In this document: positions 1-13,696 of the stretch, piece after piece
How the letters are laid out: each line of letters starts with the position of its first letter
Position numbering within the stretch: the stretch's first letter is position 1
Assembly (NCBI GenBank): GCA_951406725.2
Contig: OX597817.1
Coordinates: 128,526,001 to 128,590,000 of the forward strand
Origin: Octopus vulgaris
Lineage: Eukaryota
DNA: 64,000 bases
Direction: 5' to 3'
The notes under the pieces: model-generated
What the model saw: only the letters and a program-made list of their open reading frames with translations
Database searches by the model: none
Told to the model about the DNA's origin: nothing
Translations under genes and position numbers: made by a program

Positions 1-291
1 ACAAATGCATGTGCGCTTTTATCTATGCATGTATGCATACATACATGCTTCTATGCTTGCATGTATATGCAGCCATGCATGTATGTATGCATGCATGCAT
101 AGGAAGTGATAAGGCTTTCTATTTCGAATCTAGCTGTTACTTGAAACTTTTGAAAATGTCAGTTCGGGCAAGTCCTATAATAGCGTTTCATTCATAAGTG
201 TCCCGTCTTTTCTAAAAGTATCCATAACTTTGTTATCAATAACTATATTATCTTTAACTACATCACTTATAACTACATTAATCTGACGAGG

Positions 292-468
292 TGACACGCT
301 CTGCAAAATGCTTTGTCTCTCTTTATGCTTTGAGTTCAAATTCCTCCAATGTCGACTTTGCCTTTCGGGGTCGACAAAATAAGTACCAGTTGCATACTGG
401 GGTCGATGTAATCCACTAGCTCCCCCAACCCCACCAAAAAGTTTAGGCCTTAGCAGAAAGTATTATTT
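292..468 (+). mobile_element. Degenerate family-A SINE
   Basis: GAGTTCAAATTCC...GTCGACTTTGCCTTTCGGGGTCGACAAAATAAGTACCAG. Confidence 0.7.
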
Positions 469-776
469 ATGACTACATTATGCGGTGCATCCTTTCTTTT
501 TAAAATGCTAAGATATGATTCAAGGAATATTTGGGTGCAATTTCATTGCAATTTACCATAAAGTCATCGGGTTATTGCAGTTTTGTGTTGTGGTAAATTA
601 TAAGGCATAGCTTCAAATTGCTACCATATGTTTTCCTACTTCTAGTAAATTTTTTTGTTTGTGTTGTACAGCCATATTCTGTTTCATATATTTCAGTATT
701 CGAATATTAATTGCTCGATTTGTAATTTCCGTATAATATCCCATTGTGTTATAGGTTAAATTGCTTAATTTATTAA

Positions 777-962
777 GGCGGCGAGTTGGTAGCTTCGTTA
801 GCCTCTCAGACAAAATGCTTGGCGGCATTTCTCCCGGTTCTTTATGTTCTGAGGTCAAATTTGCCTTTCATCCTTTCGAGGCGGTGAAAAAAATTGTACC
901 TGCCTGGGGTCAATGTCATAAACAAACTTTTGTTTATGTGTCTATAGTAGAAAGGATTATTA
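777..962 (+). mobile_element. Degenerate family-A SINE
   Basis: GGCGGCGAGTTGG head, TTGCCTTTCATCCTTTCG core, TAGTAGAAAGGATTATTA tail. Confidence 0.7.
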
Positions 963-1334
963 GTTTTATTGGATTTTATTCCTTTAGTCGAGTATCCTCT
1001 TTTCGTTGTGTATCCTAGTTCGAACATAAGTTTGTTTGACTGTTTGACTATTTAAATGGGAGAAGATATAGACCTACGACTAACAAACCTTGATGAAAAC
1101 TCCGCTGTATTTAGAGCTTCAGATGTTTCATTCCTCTGTCTAGCTAAGGGATACAATCCGATTTACAGCAATTGTGTCTATTGTTGGAAATAGTATTTAA
1201 ATCGGCTCTGATCTACTATATCTCTGCTCAAAGTTGTTCTAGCTGTGATCATCGATTCTTTTGTTTCTAGATACAGTGTAAACGAAGACTACATTTTCAG
1301 ATATATAACAGATATTACATGGTGAACACTCTGT

Positions 1335-1365
<31 letters not shown>

Positions 1366-1853
1366 ATCGATTTGGTATGATTGGCTACGACTGTTGTGCC
1401 TCGATGTATGTGCCTCAATGTGCCTTGATGTATGAGGTGATCGTACCTATACTGGTAAAAAAAACTATATTACTATTTTGAGTCGTAAAATAAAGTATCC
1501 TTCTCATGTCGAGAAAGTTTTCATTATTATTTTTTTTTTATTTTGAGGTGTTTGTTTCATAATGAATGCAATACATGTGTGGGAATGATATGCAACCTGT
1601 GATGGTAAAAGTTTGTTATTCTATGAGTGTTATTTTTATGTTCTTTGTAATTCATGAACTTTTGCATAAAAATTCGAAACCCAGCTATGTTTCGTATCTT
1701 CTATAATGAATCTAATGTATTCTCTGAAAACAAATGTTTTTTTCCTGTTATCCAAAATGTGAGCTAAATATAGTTACGGGCTGTTGCTCCCATTTCTGCT
1801 GCAAATTTTATAGATATACTTTATGAAATTTCCAGTTTTTTGTGTGTTTGTGT

Positions 1854-2202
1854 CAGTGGTTGTCGTGCAATGGGCTGCAAGAGGTTCTTAGGTGCGCTGT
1901 GGATTTTTCTTCGAAAATATAAAGGTTTTTTAAAAATATATTAAATCTTCATTGTCTTGAAAACGCGTGGTTATTCATAATTCTGCTATACACTAGAGGG
2001 ATTATAAAAGAGATTAGAAAAATAAATAGGACAAATAAAAGTTTCTATATATTTTTTATTGATTTTATAACTAAACATAAAAAAAAGAAGAAACAGTTTT
2101 GTTTAATTCCCGTTCGAAGTAAGTCAGTACCATATTTAATCTCTGGTGGGTCAATAATTGTTTATTTAATCTTCACGAAGTCAAAAAGTCTGAGAACAAC
2201 TG
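1854..2202. mobile_element. hAT-type MITE
   Basis: TIRs CAGTGGTTGTC / GAGAACAACTG; 8-bp TSD GTTTGTGT / GTCTGTGT (7 of 8). Confidence 0.75.
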
Positions 2203-2480
2203 GTCTGTGTCGTTGCGCGTGAGGGTTGGTTACACATTCTTAAATGCTTCTTATAGCAACAGAAAAGGGTAATGGCCAATGATTTTTTATATCTATTTAT
2301 TTCTAGGTAGTTGATGTAGGCTTCGTGTATATCTGCTGCTTTGTTTGTAAAATGGTGGGATGATGTCAGTGAGATGTAATCTGTGCTTGAAGAGAAGCGT
2401 TAATTTGTATAGGGATAGGTTAATAACGAGTAGGTAAGAGGAGCAATCTTTGTGTTATCCCATTAGGGAAAGTATAGATT

Positions 2481-4345
2481 CAGGGGCATAACTACAGATG
2501 TATACTCACTCGACTTTGTTGCCTCATAACTTCCAGAAAAGGGATACTTTTTAACGAAACTGTCAACAAGTAATTGCTTAGATTGTGTAGACTGAGTGTA
2601 TGTAAAGATTTGTTGGAATTTTTTTCCGAGGGGTTGGGGAAAGGCGTTTCGGAAAATTCATACGACCCAACACTTAGGTGTGCTCATAACTTTCAGAAAA
2701 ACGGGTATTTTTTTAAAGAAATTTTATACAAATACCTTTCAAACATTGTAGATTACAATTACAAAGAAATCTTTAGGCGAAATTTTTTTAGCGGGCAGGT
2801 AGGGGAAGGAGTTTCTGGAAAACCGAGTTTCGGATCAAACGGCCCACATAAGTTGCAAGTTCTCTTTTTTGATGGGGATTTTTCCAATTTTTTGTTCCAG
2901 CATAGTCTTCGGAATGATGAGAGGTATCTTTTTACGAAAAAAAGAAAGATTTTGAAAATTTATAATCTTTTTTCACTCCTGCTACCCCCTCATAACTCCA
3001 GCCCGGACCGATTTTGGCTTTTTTCTCTTTTTTTTTTTCACTGCGCATTTAAAACCCGTGAGAGAAACATTTTTGGTTTTTAAAAAAATTGTTAATAATT
3101 TCAGAGCAAAATGTATGATATAAGAGAGATTTGGCTGTTGTTTCTAGCACATCCCAAGACCTCCTTCTAACATACATACATACATACTAATTATACTATC
3201 AAAATAAATCATCTTTCACATACCTCTTATTGAAATCACTCTGGATAAATCCCAGAAATAATCTTCTCAGGCTCTCTAATATTTTAGAATAATATAAATA
3301 GAAGCAATCGGGAGCAGGGAGTGGGGCTAAAAATATAAATTTTAAAGTTTTTCTTTTATATATATAGCTTATATGTGTTTATGGAGGAAAATATTGTAAA
3401 ACATAAGTACATATTTGAGTGAGAAGAAAACAAGGAGTTTGGCCTTGCGATGTGCTAGAAACAACATCAAAATCTCTCTTGAATCATTTTTTCCTCTGAA
3501 AAGATTAAATTATTACCATAAGGGACTAAAGCCATCTGAATATGGCTAGGGACAGGGCAGGGTGGTGGGGGTGTTACTGTTGCATTTAGCCCCAGGCGAA
3601 CATCAACGTCGCCAGATAGGCTTGACACCATCACGGCGTCTGTCCCTAGCCATATTCAGATGGCTTTAGTCCCTTATGTTATGGAGCAGTTACTGTCTAT
3701 ATCTCATTTAGAGAATTATTATTGCTGATTAAATTATTTTTTAACCGAAAAGGTTTCTCCCATGATTTTTAAGTGCCTAGTGAAAAAAAAAAAAATATAT
3801 ATATATATATTGGCCCAAATCGGCCTGGATTGGTGAGGGGGTGGCGGGAGTGAAAATTAATCACAAATTTTCAAACATTTTCTTCTTTTTTTTTCATAAA
3901 AAGATGCCTCCCATCATTTCGAAGACAGTGCTGAAAAAAATTGGAAAAAAATCCGTCAAAACGGAGAAATTCCAACTTAAGTTGGCCGTCTGATCCGAAA
4001 CACCGTTTTCCAGAAACTCCTCCCACCGCCCCCTTCCAAAAAAGTTTGCCTACAAATTTCTTTATAATCGTAATCGACACCTCTTGAAAGATATTTGTAT
4101 AAAATTTCATTAAAAGATGCCCATTTTCCTGAAAGTTATGAGGGGGAAAATGTCAGGCTCTGAGAATTTTGGGGAACTCATTTCCCCAACCCCTCGGGAA
4201 ATTTTTTTCCACCAAATCTTTACATACACTCAATCTACAGAATCTAAGCGATAATTTGTTGAAACTTTCGTTAAGAAGTATCCATTTTCTGAAAGTTATG
4301 CGGCAACAAAGTCGAGAGAGTATACGTCTGTAGTTACACCAATTC
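2481..4345. mobile_element. Fold-back DNA element with ~600-670 bp diverged terminal inverted repeats
   Basis: 2489-3085 is a diverged reverse complement of ~3738-4338, e.g. ACTCGACTTTGTTGCCTCATAACTT vs AAGTTATGCGGCAACAAAGTCGAG; 3122-3160 also pairs with 3441-3480; left end CAGGGGCATAACTAC. Confidence 0.8.
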
Positions 4346-4873
4346 TGGATTCATTTTAATATATTCTTGGTGAGCTGAGAGGTGGTTCACAAATCAGTTT
4401 TTCATGCTCTCCTAATAGATTGAGGTATATTCTAAATGGCTGGGGTTGAATATCACCTAATATCTGGTTGCTATTGATGCTAGCTAGCCGAGTTCTCTCT
4501 CTCACTCTCTTTCTCTCTCTTTCTCTCTCTCTCTCTCTCCCTCTCTATCAATCTAAAGAAGAACGCATGTATAGCAATATCAAAGACAATTTTTGAACTG
4601 GTGGAAATGGATACAAGACGATGTGTTGGGTCATGAAGTAAGACTCATTTTACGCTGCATCAGTTTATTCAGCTCAGAATCAGTACCTGTCTAGTGCTGG
4701 TGCAGCTCTCTCTTCCTCCAACACTCACAAAAAAGTGGGAGGGTCAAGAGTGTGTCTGTATCTGCTCGCGACTACATAGGCACCTAAAACAATTGGCGAA
4801 AACATAGTACATGCTACCAAACCATACGCATTCACGGATGACGGCTGATTGTTTCGTGTCGTCGGTAGTAGGT

Positions 4874-4920
4874 TAGTCTGTCCCCTCTGTGTTTAGCCCC
4901 TTGTGGGTAATAAGGAAATA
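4874..4920 (+). mobile_element. 47-bp 5'-truncated family-A SINE tail with 10-bp TSD
   Basis: Tail CCCCTCTGTGTTTAGCCCCTTGTGGGTAATAAGGAAATA between two GGTAGTAGGT (4864-4873 and 4921-4930). Confidence 0.8.
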
Positions 4921-5323
4921 GGTAGTAGGTAAATGAGCGAATGTTCTTTTTTCTTTTATTAACCCCATTAAAACAAAGATAGTTGAAGTGACAGGTGAAA
5001 TAGTTTCTATTTTATGGCTGTGACAGCAAGCTGTAGCTGTCATTGACATTGTTTTGTGTGTCAGTGTACTGGAGGATAATAGGGAAGAATAAAAAATTCA
5101 TAAGATATTTTTTTTAAAATCTTTTCAGAGGGTTCACACTAATTTCGAGTCATTTATCCTTTGTATATGTCAAGAGAATTCTCGTTCGTTTTATTTCATC
5201 CACAGTCTATAGCTGAAGAATCGAAGGCAAGTAAAAGAGGAAATAATGCAATTTGTTGCTTTGTGTAGTGTTATGCTGTCATTTTACTTTTTTTTCTTTT
5301 TGTGATTTATCTTGAATAAGACT

Positions 5324-6130
5324 TTTCTACTCTAGGCACAAGGCCCGATTTTTTTTTTGCGTATGGGAGTGAGGGAAGTCAATTAGATCAACTCCAGTAC
5401 ACGACTGGTACTTAATTTATCGACTCGAAAGAATGAAAGGCAAAGTCGACCTCGGCGGGATCTGAACTCAGAACATAACGGCAGATGAAATACCTATTTC
5501 TTTACTACACACAAGGGGCTAAACACAGAGAGGACAAACAAGGACAGACAAACGGATTAAGTCGATTACATCGTCCCTAGTGCGTAACTGGTAATTAATT
5601 TATCGACCCCGAAAGGATGAAAGGCAAAGTCGACCTCGGCGGAATTTGAACTCAGAACGTAACAGCAGACGAAATACGCTAAGCATTTCGCCCGGCATGC
5701 AAACGTTTCTGCCAGCTCGCCACATTAAAGAGAGTATTTTCTACTCTAGGCACAATGCCCGAAATTTTGCCTGGGGGACCAGTCATTTAGATGGACCCCA
5801 GTCTGCAACTGGTACTTAATTTATCGACCTCAAAAGGATGAAAGGCAAAGTGGACATCGGCGGAATTTGAACTCACAACGTAACGCCAGACGAAATAGCT
5901 ATTTCTTTACTACCCTCAAGGGGCTAAACACAGAGAGGATAGACAAGGACAGACAAACGGATTAAATCGATTATATCGACTCCAGTGCGTAACTGGTACT
6001 TATTTAATCGACCCCGAAAGGATGAAAGGCAAAGTCGATCTCGGCGGAATTTGAGCTCAGAACGTAACGGCAGACGAAATACGGCTACACATTTCGCCCG
6101 GCGTGCTAACGATTCTGCCAGCTCGCCGCC
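5324..6130 (-). mobile_element. Tandem of two dimeric family-A SINEs inside one 18-bp TSD
   Basis: Four copies of the core GTCGACTTTGCCTTTCATCCTTTCGGGGTCGATAAATTAAGTACCAG with alternating tails; TTTATCTTGAATAAGACT at 5306-5323 and 6131-6148. Confidence 0.9.
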
Positions 6131-6230
6131 TTTATCTTGAATAAGACTGTCATGGTTTTTTTTTTTTGTTTTTAGAAATTCCTTTGCTATTTTTTTTCTA
6201 TTTTTGCATTCCTTACCATCACGTGTATTA

Positions 6231-6715
6231 TCTTTTATCTTTAACTTGTTTTAGACATTAGACTACGGACATGTTGGGGCACTGCCTTGAAGAATTTTTA
6301 GTCAAGTGAATCGACCCCAGTACTCTTCTGTTAAGCCTGGTACTTACTCTAAGTACGGGGACGTAAAACACACCAACGCCGTAAACACACCAACACCGGT
6401 TATCAAGCGGACGAACACTGACACAAGGACACACACGTGTGTGTATATATTTATATTTATATTTATATTTATATATATATATATGCGTGTGTGTGTGTTT
6501 ATACATGCATATATACATACATACATACATACATACATACATACATACATACATACATGCATTTAAACGATGGGATTAATTTAGTTTCCGTCTACCAAAT
6601 CCACTCATAAGACTTTGGTTGGTCTGAGGGTATAGTAGAAGACACTTACCCAAAGTATCACGCAGTGGAACTGAACCCGGAACTATGTGGACTTCTTACC
6701 CATACAGTCATGCCT
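6231..6715 (-). mobile_element. Family-B SINE with internal microsatellite
   Basis: tRNA-like head, TTGGGTAAGTGTCTTCTACT core, internal (TACA)n, tail GTTTTACGTCCCCGTA...AAACAAG. Confidence 0.85.
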
Positions 6716-7283
6716 TTTCAGACAGTATATCTGACTGCATGATTCAATATGTCTTTCGTTTTATAAAATAATAGGATGGGATTTGAGGGAGATTTGACTA
6801 TCACATTTGTTGAATGGCATCGGTACGTTGTGTTTGAGTATTATTCTTTATTTTATTGAGTTATTTTGTTCGTGTAATTAGGATTGTATTTTATATGTAA
6901 CCCAGTGGGTATGTGTTTTTGAATCTTCTGAAACATATACCCCACAGGTCGTTCGGAGGCCATTCTCTTAGTAAGGCTGTGGAACCATGTGCATTACGTG
7001 AATGGGTAGCAGAATCACTAAAAACAGTGTAGAGACAAAGAAAAGACATCTAGATGGCTCTGGCTAAAAAGAAGTGACGGATAGGGTCAGTAGAATGCCA
7101 CTTGAAAACAAGGCGAGATTTCATCAACATTGTTCAGGTAGCATGGAAGAGAATTGTAGGTATATTGGGTATCTGGAATTTTACGAGCGGTTATTCTGTC
7201 CCTTTGTGAAAATGGTTCAGCGCCGCGCTGTTTGTCATTTTGTTGGCCTACCACTGAAGGTGCTCCGGCTGTAAACATCTACG

Positions 7284-7626
7284 TAAAGGTAAAGACCCCC
7301 TTTGGTCATGAATGACCATGGGATTGCCCTACAAAGTTTCCCTCCGATCCACAAGTCCGGGCAAGATTGTTTATGGAAGACCCATCAGTTGACCATGCAT
7401 ACCAGCCTCCTCTCTCAACACCACCGATGTAATTCAAGGAAAAGGCAAATGCTGATACAGCTTGGCACTAGTGACATCGCAACTCATTTCTGCAGCTGAG
7501 TTAACTGGAGCAACGTGAATTAAAGCGTTTTGCTCAAGAACACAACACACAGACTGGTCCGGGAATCGAATTTACTACCGCATGATTGTGAACCCGACAC
7601 TCTAATCACTTAGCCATGCACCTTCA
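7284..7626 (-). mobile_element. Family-C tRNA-type SINE
   Basis: Minus strand GCATGGCTAAGTGATTAGAGTG...TTCGATTCCCGGACC (A/B-box-like), TTCTTGAGCAAAACGC core; homologous to 13697-13988 and 23145-23380. Confidence 0.82.
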
Positions 7627-7884
7627 TCCAGCGTATAAGGTGAATTTGAGGAAATTTGGTTGCTAATGCTTACATGTTAATTTGATACATAGAAAAGCTT
7701 TCTTCATTTGTTCATCATAGTATTGCTTAATTTATTGTTGCTAAGGTTCACAACACTTCCAGTTGAAGAAAGCTTTGATTAAATGCAATCCACCCATGAC
7801 CACCCTGTCATTTTTAGAGTATTTATGTCTACAATATCTAAAGCATCTTTTCCTTTAAGACAGTTTGGTGTGGTTTGCAATATA

Positions 7885-8420
7885 TTTTATCTTTTACTTG
7901 TTTCAGTCATTCAACTGTGGCCATGCTGGGGCACCGCCTTGAAAAATGTTTAGTCGTGTGAATTGACTCCAGTACTTTTTTTAAAGCTTGATACTTATTC
8001 TAAATGTCACTTTTGCTGAATCACTGTTACAGGAACATAAACACACCAGCACCGGTTATCAAGCGTTGCGGGGTACACACACAGACACACATACACACTC
8101 ACAAGCAGACACGCGCGCGCACGTACTCAAATATACATACATACATACATAAATACATACATACATACATACATACATGCATGCATACATACATACATAC
8201 ATACATACATACATACATACATACATACATACTTACATACTTACATACATACATACATATGTGTGTGCCTGTGTGTGTGTATGACGGGCTTCTCACTTTC
8301 CGTCTGCCAAATCCACCCACAGGGCTTGGTCGGTCCGAAACTACACCAGAAGACCTTTGCATAAGGTGTCACGCAGTGGGACGGAAAGAAAGCTTCTTAC
8401 CACACAGCCATGCTTGCGCC
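7885..8420 (-). mobile_element. Family-B SINE
   Basis: Same head, core and tail as 6231-6715 with internal (TACA)n. Confidence 0.8.
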
Positions 8421-8734
8421 CATTCTGCACTATTTTCTAGCTACTTACTGAGACCCAGTGTAAGTGATGTTGTTGGCAGCGATGTTAGAACAGGTTGGAT
8501 AACTTACCTTCCCCGGTCCTTCCCAGCCCCCCACCACCTCGCCCCAGACATACTGCCACTCCCAATGTTGTTTTAATTCAGATCTTCCTTGTCAAATACC
8601 TGTAACGAGGGGCAGTCGTGATGGTAGGGACGGCGGTGGCGTCAACTTGGGGCAGATCCGTGATGATAATGGTGACAATGGCGTTGCTGACAGATTGTGA
8701 CACAACCAATGGCGGTTACGGAGACAGAGGCAGT

Positions 8735-9385
8735 GACGGTGATGGTGGTGGTGGTGGTGGCGGTGGTGGTGGTGGTGGTGGTGGTGGTGGTGGTGGCGGT
8801 GGTGGTGGTGGTGGTGGTGTTATTGTTGTTGATGGTGGTGGTTATGGTGAAGACTGTGTGACATAGGCTATAGTTGGAGCGGTGATGGCATGATTGACAG
8901 CTTGTGGTAGTAGAAATGGTGGTGGCGGTGATGGTGGTGGTGGTGGTGGTGGTGGTAGTAGTGGCAATGGAAGTGTGTGGTGGTGATGGTGATAGTGATG
9001 GTATGATTGACAGTTAGTACTTGTGGCCGTACTGATGGAACGGAATTGCGGCAGTGGCGGTGGTGGTGGTGGTGGTAGTAAGGTAATAGTGATTGTAGTT
9101 ATAATTGGAACATTTTCGAGCGTTCTTCACTGGTATTGATGATAGCAGAAGGGGATGATGATGGCGGTTATGATGGTAATTGTGGTTGTGGTGGTGGGAG
9201 TTGTGGTATTGGTTGGTGGTGATAGTGGAAATGGTGGTAGTGATGGCAGTCATGGTGGTGGTGATGGTTGTAATGAAGGTGGTAGTGGTGGTAGAGATGG
9301 TGGTAGTGGTGGTTGGGATAGTGGTGGTGGTGGTGGTGGTGGTGGTGGTAGTAGTGGTGGTGGTGGTAGGAATGATGGTAGTGGT
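8735..9385. repeat. (GGT)n-rich low-complexity tract
   Basis: Direct reading. Confidence 0.95.
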
Positions 9386-9439
9386 ATATTTCCCTTTCGC
9401 TTTTCATCTTTCTCTCTCATTTTGACCCAAATTCTATCA

Positions 9440-9830
9440 AATCTGATGTACCTCAGAGTTCAATTTTGACATCCATATTTTTCCTCCTATGTATCACCAA
9501 TCTAAGCTCCATCATTTCCAACAAAGACCGACGTTACGTAGATGATTCCAGCTTCAACATTTTTTCAATCTCTCATGTCCAAGGGCCACGTGCAATCTAT
9601 ACTCCCAACGTGCAATCTATACTCCCAACGCCGGATCTGCACTAACTGCATGAAGAAAGGTCCCAAAATATCCACAAAAGACATCTTCCTATACAGCCTT
9701 ACCAATGTTGTCGACTTCATCTGCAAAAATTTTCATCGCTGCATATTTTACGAAAATATGAATGGTACCCAAATGGAACCTTACAAATTGCTTCAAACGA
9801 TAGGTCTTGCAGCTACTATGAATCTCTGTT
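9440..9830 (+). mobile_element. Old CR1/L2/Jockey-type RT remnant
   Basis: In-frame SDVPQSSILTSIFFLLCITNL...RYVDDS from 9442 is a degenerate SGVPQGS.LGP.LF..YINDL...YADD. Confidence 0.7.
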
Positions 9831-10208
9831 GAGGGAACAACATGCATGGCCATATATTTGGGTTGAAGGGATAAGACGACTAAATCAGTTTCACTACATG
9901 ACTGGTACTTCATATAAATATGGACGGGTATTGTTTGAGAGTCCGTTGAATGAGTAGCACCTAAGATTCAAAGGTCCATCTATGACAGATACTGGGTCAC
10001 CCTCAGTTCTATTTGAGAGTTATGTTAAGGAAACACGTGTCTGTAAAATACTCTGTCATCCTACATTCAAAGTGTAGGTAATTTAGTTGATCGAACAACT
10101 GCCTACTCGTCGTCGAAATCTACGGAGAGCCTCCCTCCCTCCCTCCCTACCTACCCTACCTACCTACTACCTATCTGTCTGTCTAATTGTCTGTCTGTCT
10201 ATGTCTCT

Positions 10209-10333
<125 letters not shown>

Positions 10334-10649
10334 ATATATTATAAATATATATATATATATATATACGGAGTGGGAGCGAGATGTTTATTTGTATGTATAT
10401 TTTATGTCTTCTTACATAAAAATTTCTATGTACTGGTTTCTTTAATTATCGTTTTAGTTGTGCGTATGTTTGTATAGAAACAGTCACAAACAAGCCCACA
10501 TACGACGCATAGACAATTACGTATACCTCTGTAACTGATCAGACGTTTGAATTAAGCGTCCTTAACGTGGCGCCAGTTTGGCTTGTTGACTTGAGGACGT
10601 CAGCTGTGACAAGTGCATTCACCGTCGGACATGCACTTACTCACTACTG

Positions 10650-10706
<57 letters not shown>

Positions 10707-10779
10707 TTGTTGCTGCTACTACCGACGCTGCTGCTGCTGCAGATCATGATGATGATGATGATGATTGTTTCAAACTTAG

Positions 10780-10950
10780 GCATAAAGCCTGCTAGTTTGG
10801 GGGAGGGGGTGGTCGATACCATTGACTCCAGTACTTGATTGGCACTGCATTTTATAGTTTTCGGAGAAATGGCGGGAAAAGTTAACCTCGGCGGAGTTCG
10901 AACTCAGACAGTAAAAAGCGGGAAGAACTAACACATAGCATTTAAAAAAA
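10780..10950 (-). mobile_element. Degenerate family-A SINE
   Basis: ACCTCGGCGGAGTTCGAACTCAG core remnant. Confidence 0.6.
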
Positions 10951-11679
10951 AAAACTCTTTGCATTCTAAAGTTCGACCAATTCAGGTAAATACATCGAAA
11001 TCATCCATAAAAAAAAAAACAGAAATAATTGATTTAGAGTTATGAGTATTTCCCCTTTAACTTATAACCTGCTTTTCTTTTCTTAGTACCAATGATATTA
11101 GTTTAACACGGAAGATAAAATGAGATCGGTCTGAAAGTAGAAATATGAGTCACTCAAAAACATCATATCTATATTCAGTGACTAGAAACTTATATTATGG
11201 AACCAAATTAGTTCTCCAGTCCTTCAAGCTAGGTATTACAAATTTCATTGAATTATTTGATCCACCAAATATCTTTGTAGGTTAAAACATCAACCAAGGG
11301 AGTACCACTATACCATGATTATTTAAAAACTCTTTTCGTGCAATACTTTGGTTTGTCTTCGAAAATTTAGTCCTTCATAATTATTTTTTTTAATCTTTAA
11401 CTTTTATCTTGTTTCAGCTACGCTGGGTCACCGCTTTGAGGAACTTTTTTAGTCAAACTATTCGATACTTATTCTATCGGTCTCTTTTGCCGAATCGCTA
11501 GATACGGGGACGTAAGCACACCAACACTGTTTGTCAAGCGGTGGTTGGGGGACATACACAAACTCAAAAATTCAAAGACAGACACACAAACACACACATA
11601 TACATATATACATACATACATGCATTCATATATACATACATATGTGTGTGTGTGTGTGTGTGTGTGCATAATAATCCTT

Positions 11680-12300
11680 TGTTTTTGTTTTGTACCTGCA
11701 ATCCTTGAATTGTAAAGAAAGGAGGTTGTTGGTTGTTTGAGAATGGCATTTCTTAGAAGATATTCCGGACAGAAGCTTTCAGATAAAGTTTAGACAAGTA
11801 ATAGGCCCGTAATTCCCGGCGACAAGATCTTCCGTAGATTATTTTTCTTGAGAATGGGCTGTCCTTTAACGAAACAGCTTGGTAACGTATTTTGTGCAAC
11901 ATTCTGTCAAAATGCTTAATCACTGAATGCCATCTGACCTGGAGTCTTCCAGTTTAGTGATATTTTAACATGCACACTAAAATTCTGATCACTGATAGTA
12001 ATTTGATTCATGCTTGAGTGCTTGTCCAGGCTGCATTCCATTATCGATTTAATCAATGTTTATCTTCTAGTTCTCCTCACAAATCGCTCTAGAAGATTGT
12101 ATCTTCGCTTGGGTTAGCTAAAAAATGTTTAAAACCTTCACTCGATATACTCAGACCAGATTTTTAAAAAATTGATTGCTCTCATAGTCTGTTCTATGTA
12201 AATTGTTCGAGCTTTACATTCTTTGCACTTATTCACTGTTTCAGTAAAAGTTCTAATTTTATAGATCAGAATTTTCTGTCCTGCTTTTCTTTCTCATTTT
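11680..12300 (-). mobile_element. Highly decayed R4/Dong-type RT N-terminal fragment
   Basis: Frameshifted translation gives NWKTPG-DGIQ and GNYGPITCLNFI*KLLSGI, compared with consensus NWKAPGPDG and NYRPITCL..WKLLTGI. Confidence 0.65.
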
Positions 12301-12749
12301 TTTCCCTTTAATCCTAACGTTTCTATGCCAACAATATCCTTCCTTCTTCTCCCTCTGTCTGCCTGCCAGTCTGTCTCCTCCTTTGTTCTCTCTCCCTGTC
12401 TCTCTCTTTCTCTCTCTCCGTGTCTCGCTATCTCTTTCTCTCTCTCTTCCTATCTCTCTCTCTCTTTCTCTTTCTCCCTGTCTCTCTCTTCCTCTCTGTC
12501 CCTGTCTCTCTCTCTTTCTCTTTCTCCCTGTCTCTCTCTCTTTCTCTCTCTCCCTGTCTCTCTCTCTCTTTCTCTCTCTCCCTGTCTCTCTCTCTTTCTT
12601 TCTCTCCCTGTCTCTCTCTCAGGCAAGAAAATTTCTGAAATCTCTTATTTTCATTCCCACTCCAGGATAGAGATTCATCCAAACTTACGATCTTCAGTTT
12701 ATAAATGCTCCGGGTAAACCATAAACCATAAGCCATTTCCTCTTTATTG

Positions 12750-13370
12750 ATTATTCAAAATACTATACAGTATAATATAGAAATTTATATCAGATTATAC
12801 AGAAAAAAGTACATGATGCAATCAATGTTCCATTCTAAAGGTGATATAGATAAGATATATAGAACATACTTAAATGTATGAAGACAGACACAACACACAC
12901 AAGTATCACAAAGTAACCACAGTTGGTCTGAAAACGTACTTAGAAGCAAGCAACGCTAGAGTGATTAATATAACGAGTCAACATCGAAAAGAAAAGGAGC
13001 ACTTCTCTATAGTATAAGGAAACAATACGAAACAATATAGAAGTTAAATACATTGAATGAAAGACATTATATAATTTTCTGTGACAAAACAACAGGTGAA
13101 ATAAAAAGCAAAAAAAAAAAAATCTCACAAAGGAAGAAATTAAATAAAAGTCAACAATTACTAAAGAATAAAATGTTGAGTAAAGCATCTCTCCATGGTA
13201 AATATCCTGCAAGACTGAATATAGACAAAGTGAGCCAATATGAAAGCCAACAGTGGAACAAAAGCTCTATGTGAAGCCAGAAACAGACAACCTCATTTTA
13301 ACTGCATAAGATCAACACCTAGCTACAAAAAAGCTACCAAAATTTGTAATAACAAATTTAAAACAGGCTC
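12750..13370 (+). mobile_element. Decayed R4/Dong-type LINE fragment (region after RT)
   Basis: KASLHGKYPARLNIDKVSQYESQQW...KPETDNLILTA*DQHLATK resembles LHG.Y...W...ETE.LI.AAQDQ.L.T. Confidence 0.65.
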
Positions 13371-13696
13371 ATGGCCATAAGTTTCAGTTCTTGTATAATC
13401 CATTAAACTACTTCTAGAATTTGACTGGTGCGATATTTTATCTGTATTTAAAGTATTAAAATTGGCGTAATATATCTGAATGGTAAAAAAGCGTACTATG
13501 TATTCACCAGATCTTGTTTCGATACCAACAATATTTTGGGTGTGTGTGCTTTCACTGCCAAACTCGAAGCTTTCTGAGTAAAAATGGATGAACAGAAACT
13601 GGAAAACATGTGCACTGAATATGGATGGCATAAAAGAATATTAACGAAAATCTGAATAAAACATATCAACGCTTACAGCAGGTTAAAAAAAAAAGG

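Noticed and set aside
5324-6130. Regularly spaced repeats resembling a CRISPR array
   Set aside because: Units are SINE cores with repeated, non-unique intervening tails; eukaryotic context, no cas genes.
7074-7278. VQRRA...GL (plus) and YNSLP (minus) CR1-like words
   Set aside because: Short and on opposite strands; not enough to call a LINE.
9590-9631. 20-bp tandem duplication, and similar ones near 31110 and 42048
   Set aside because: Ordinary slippage duplications within decayed repeats.
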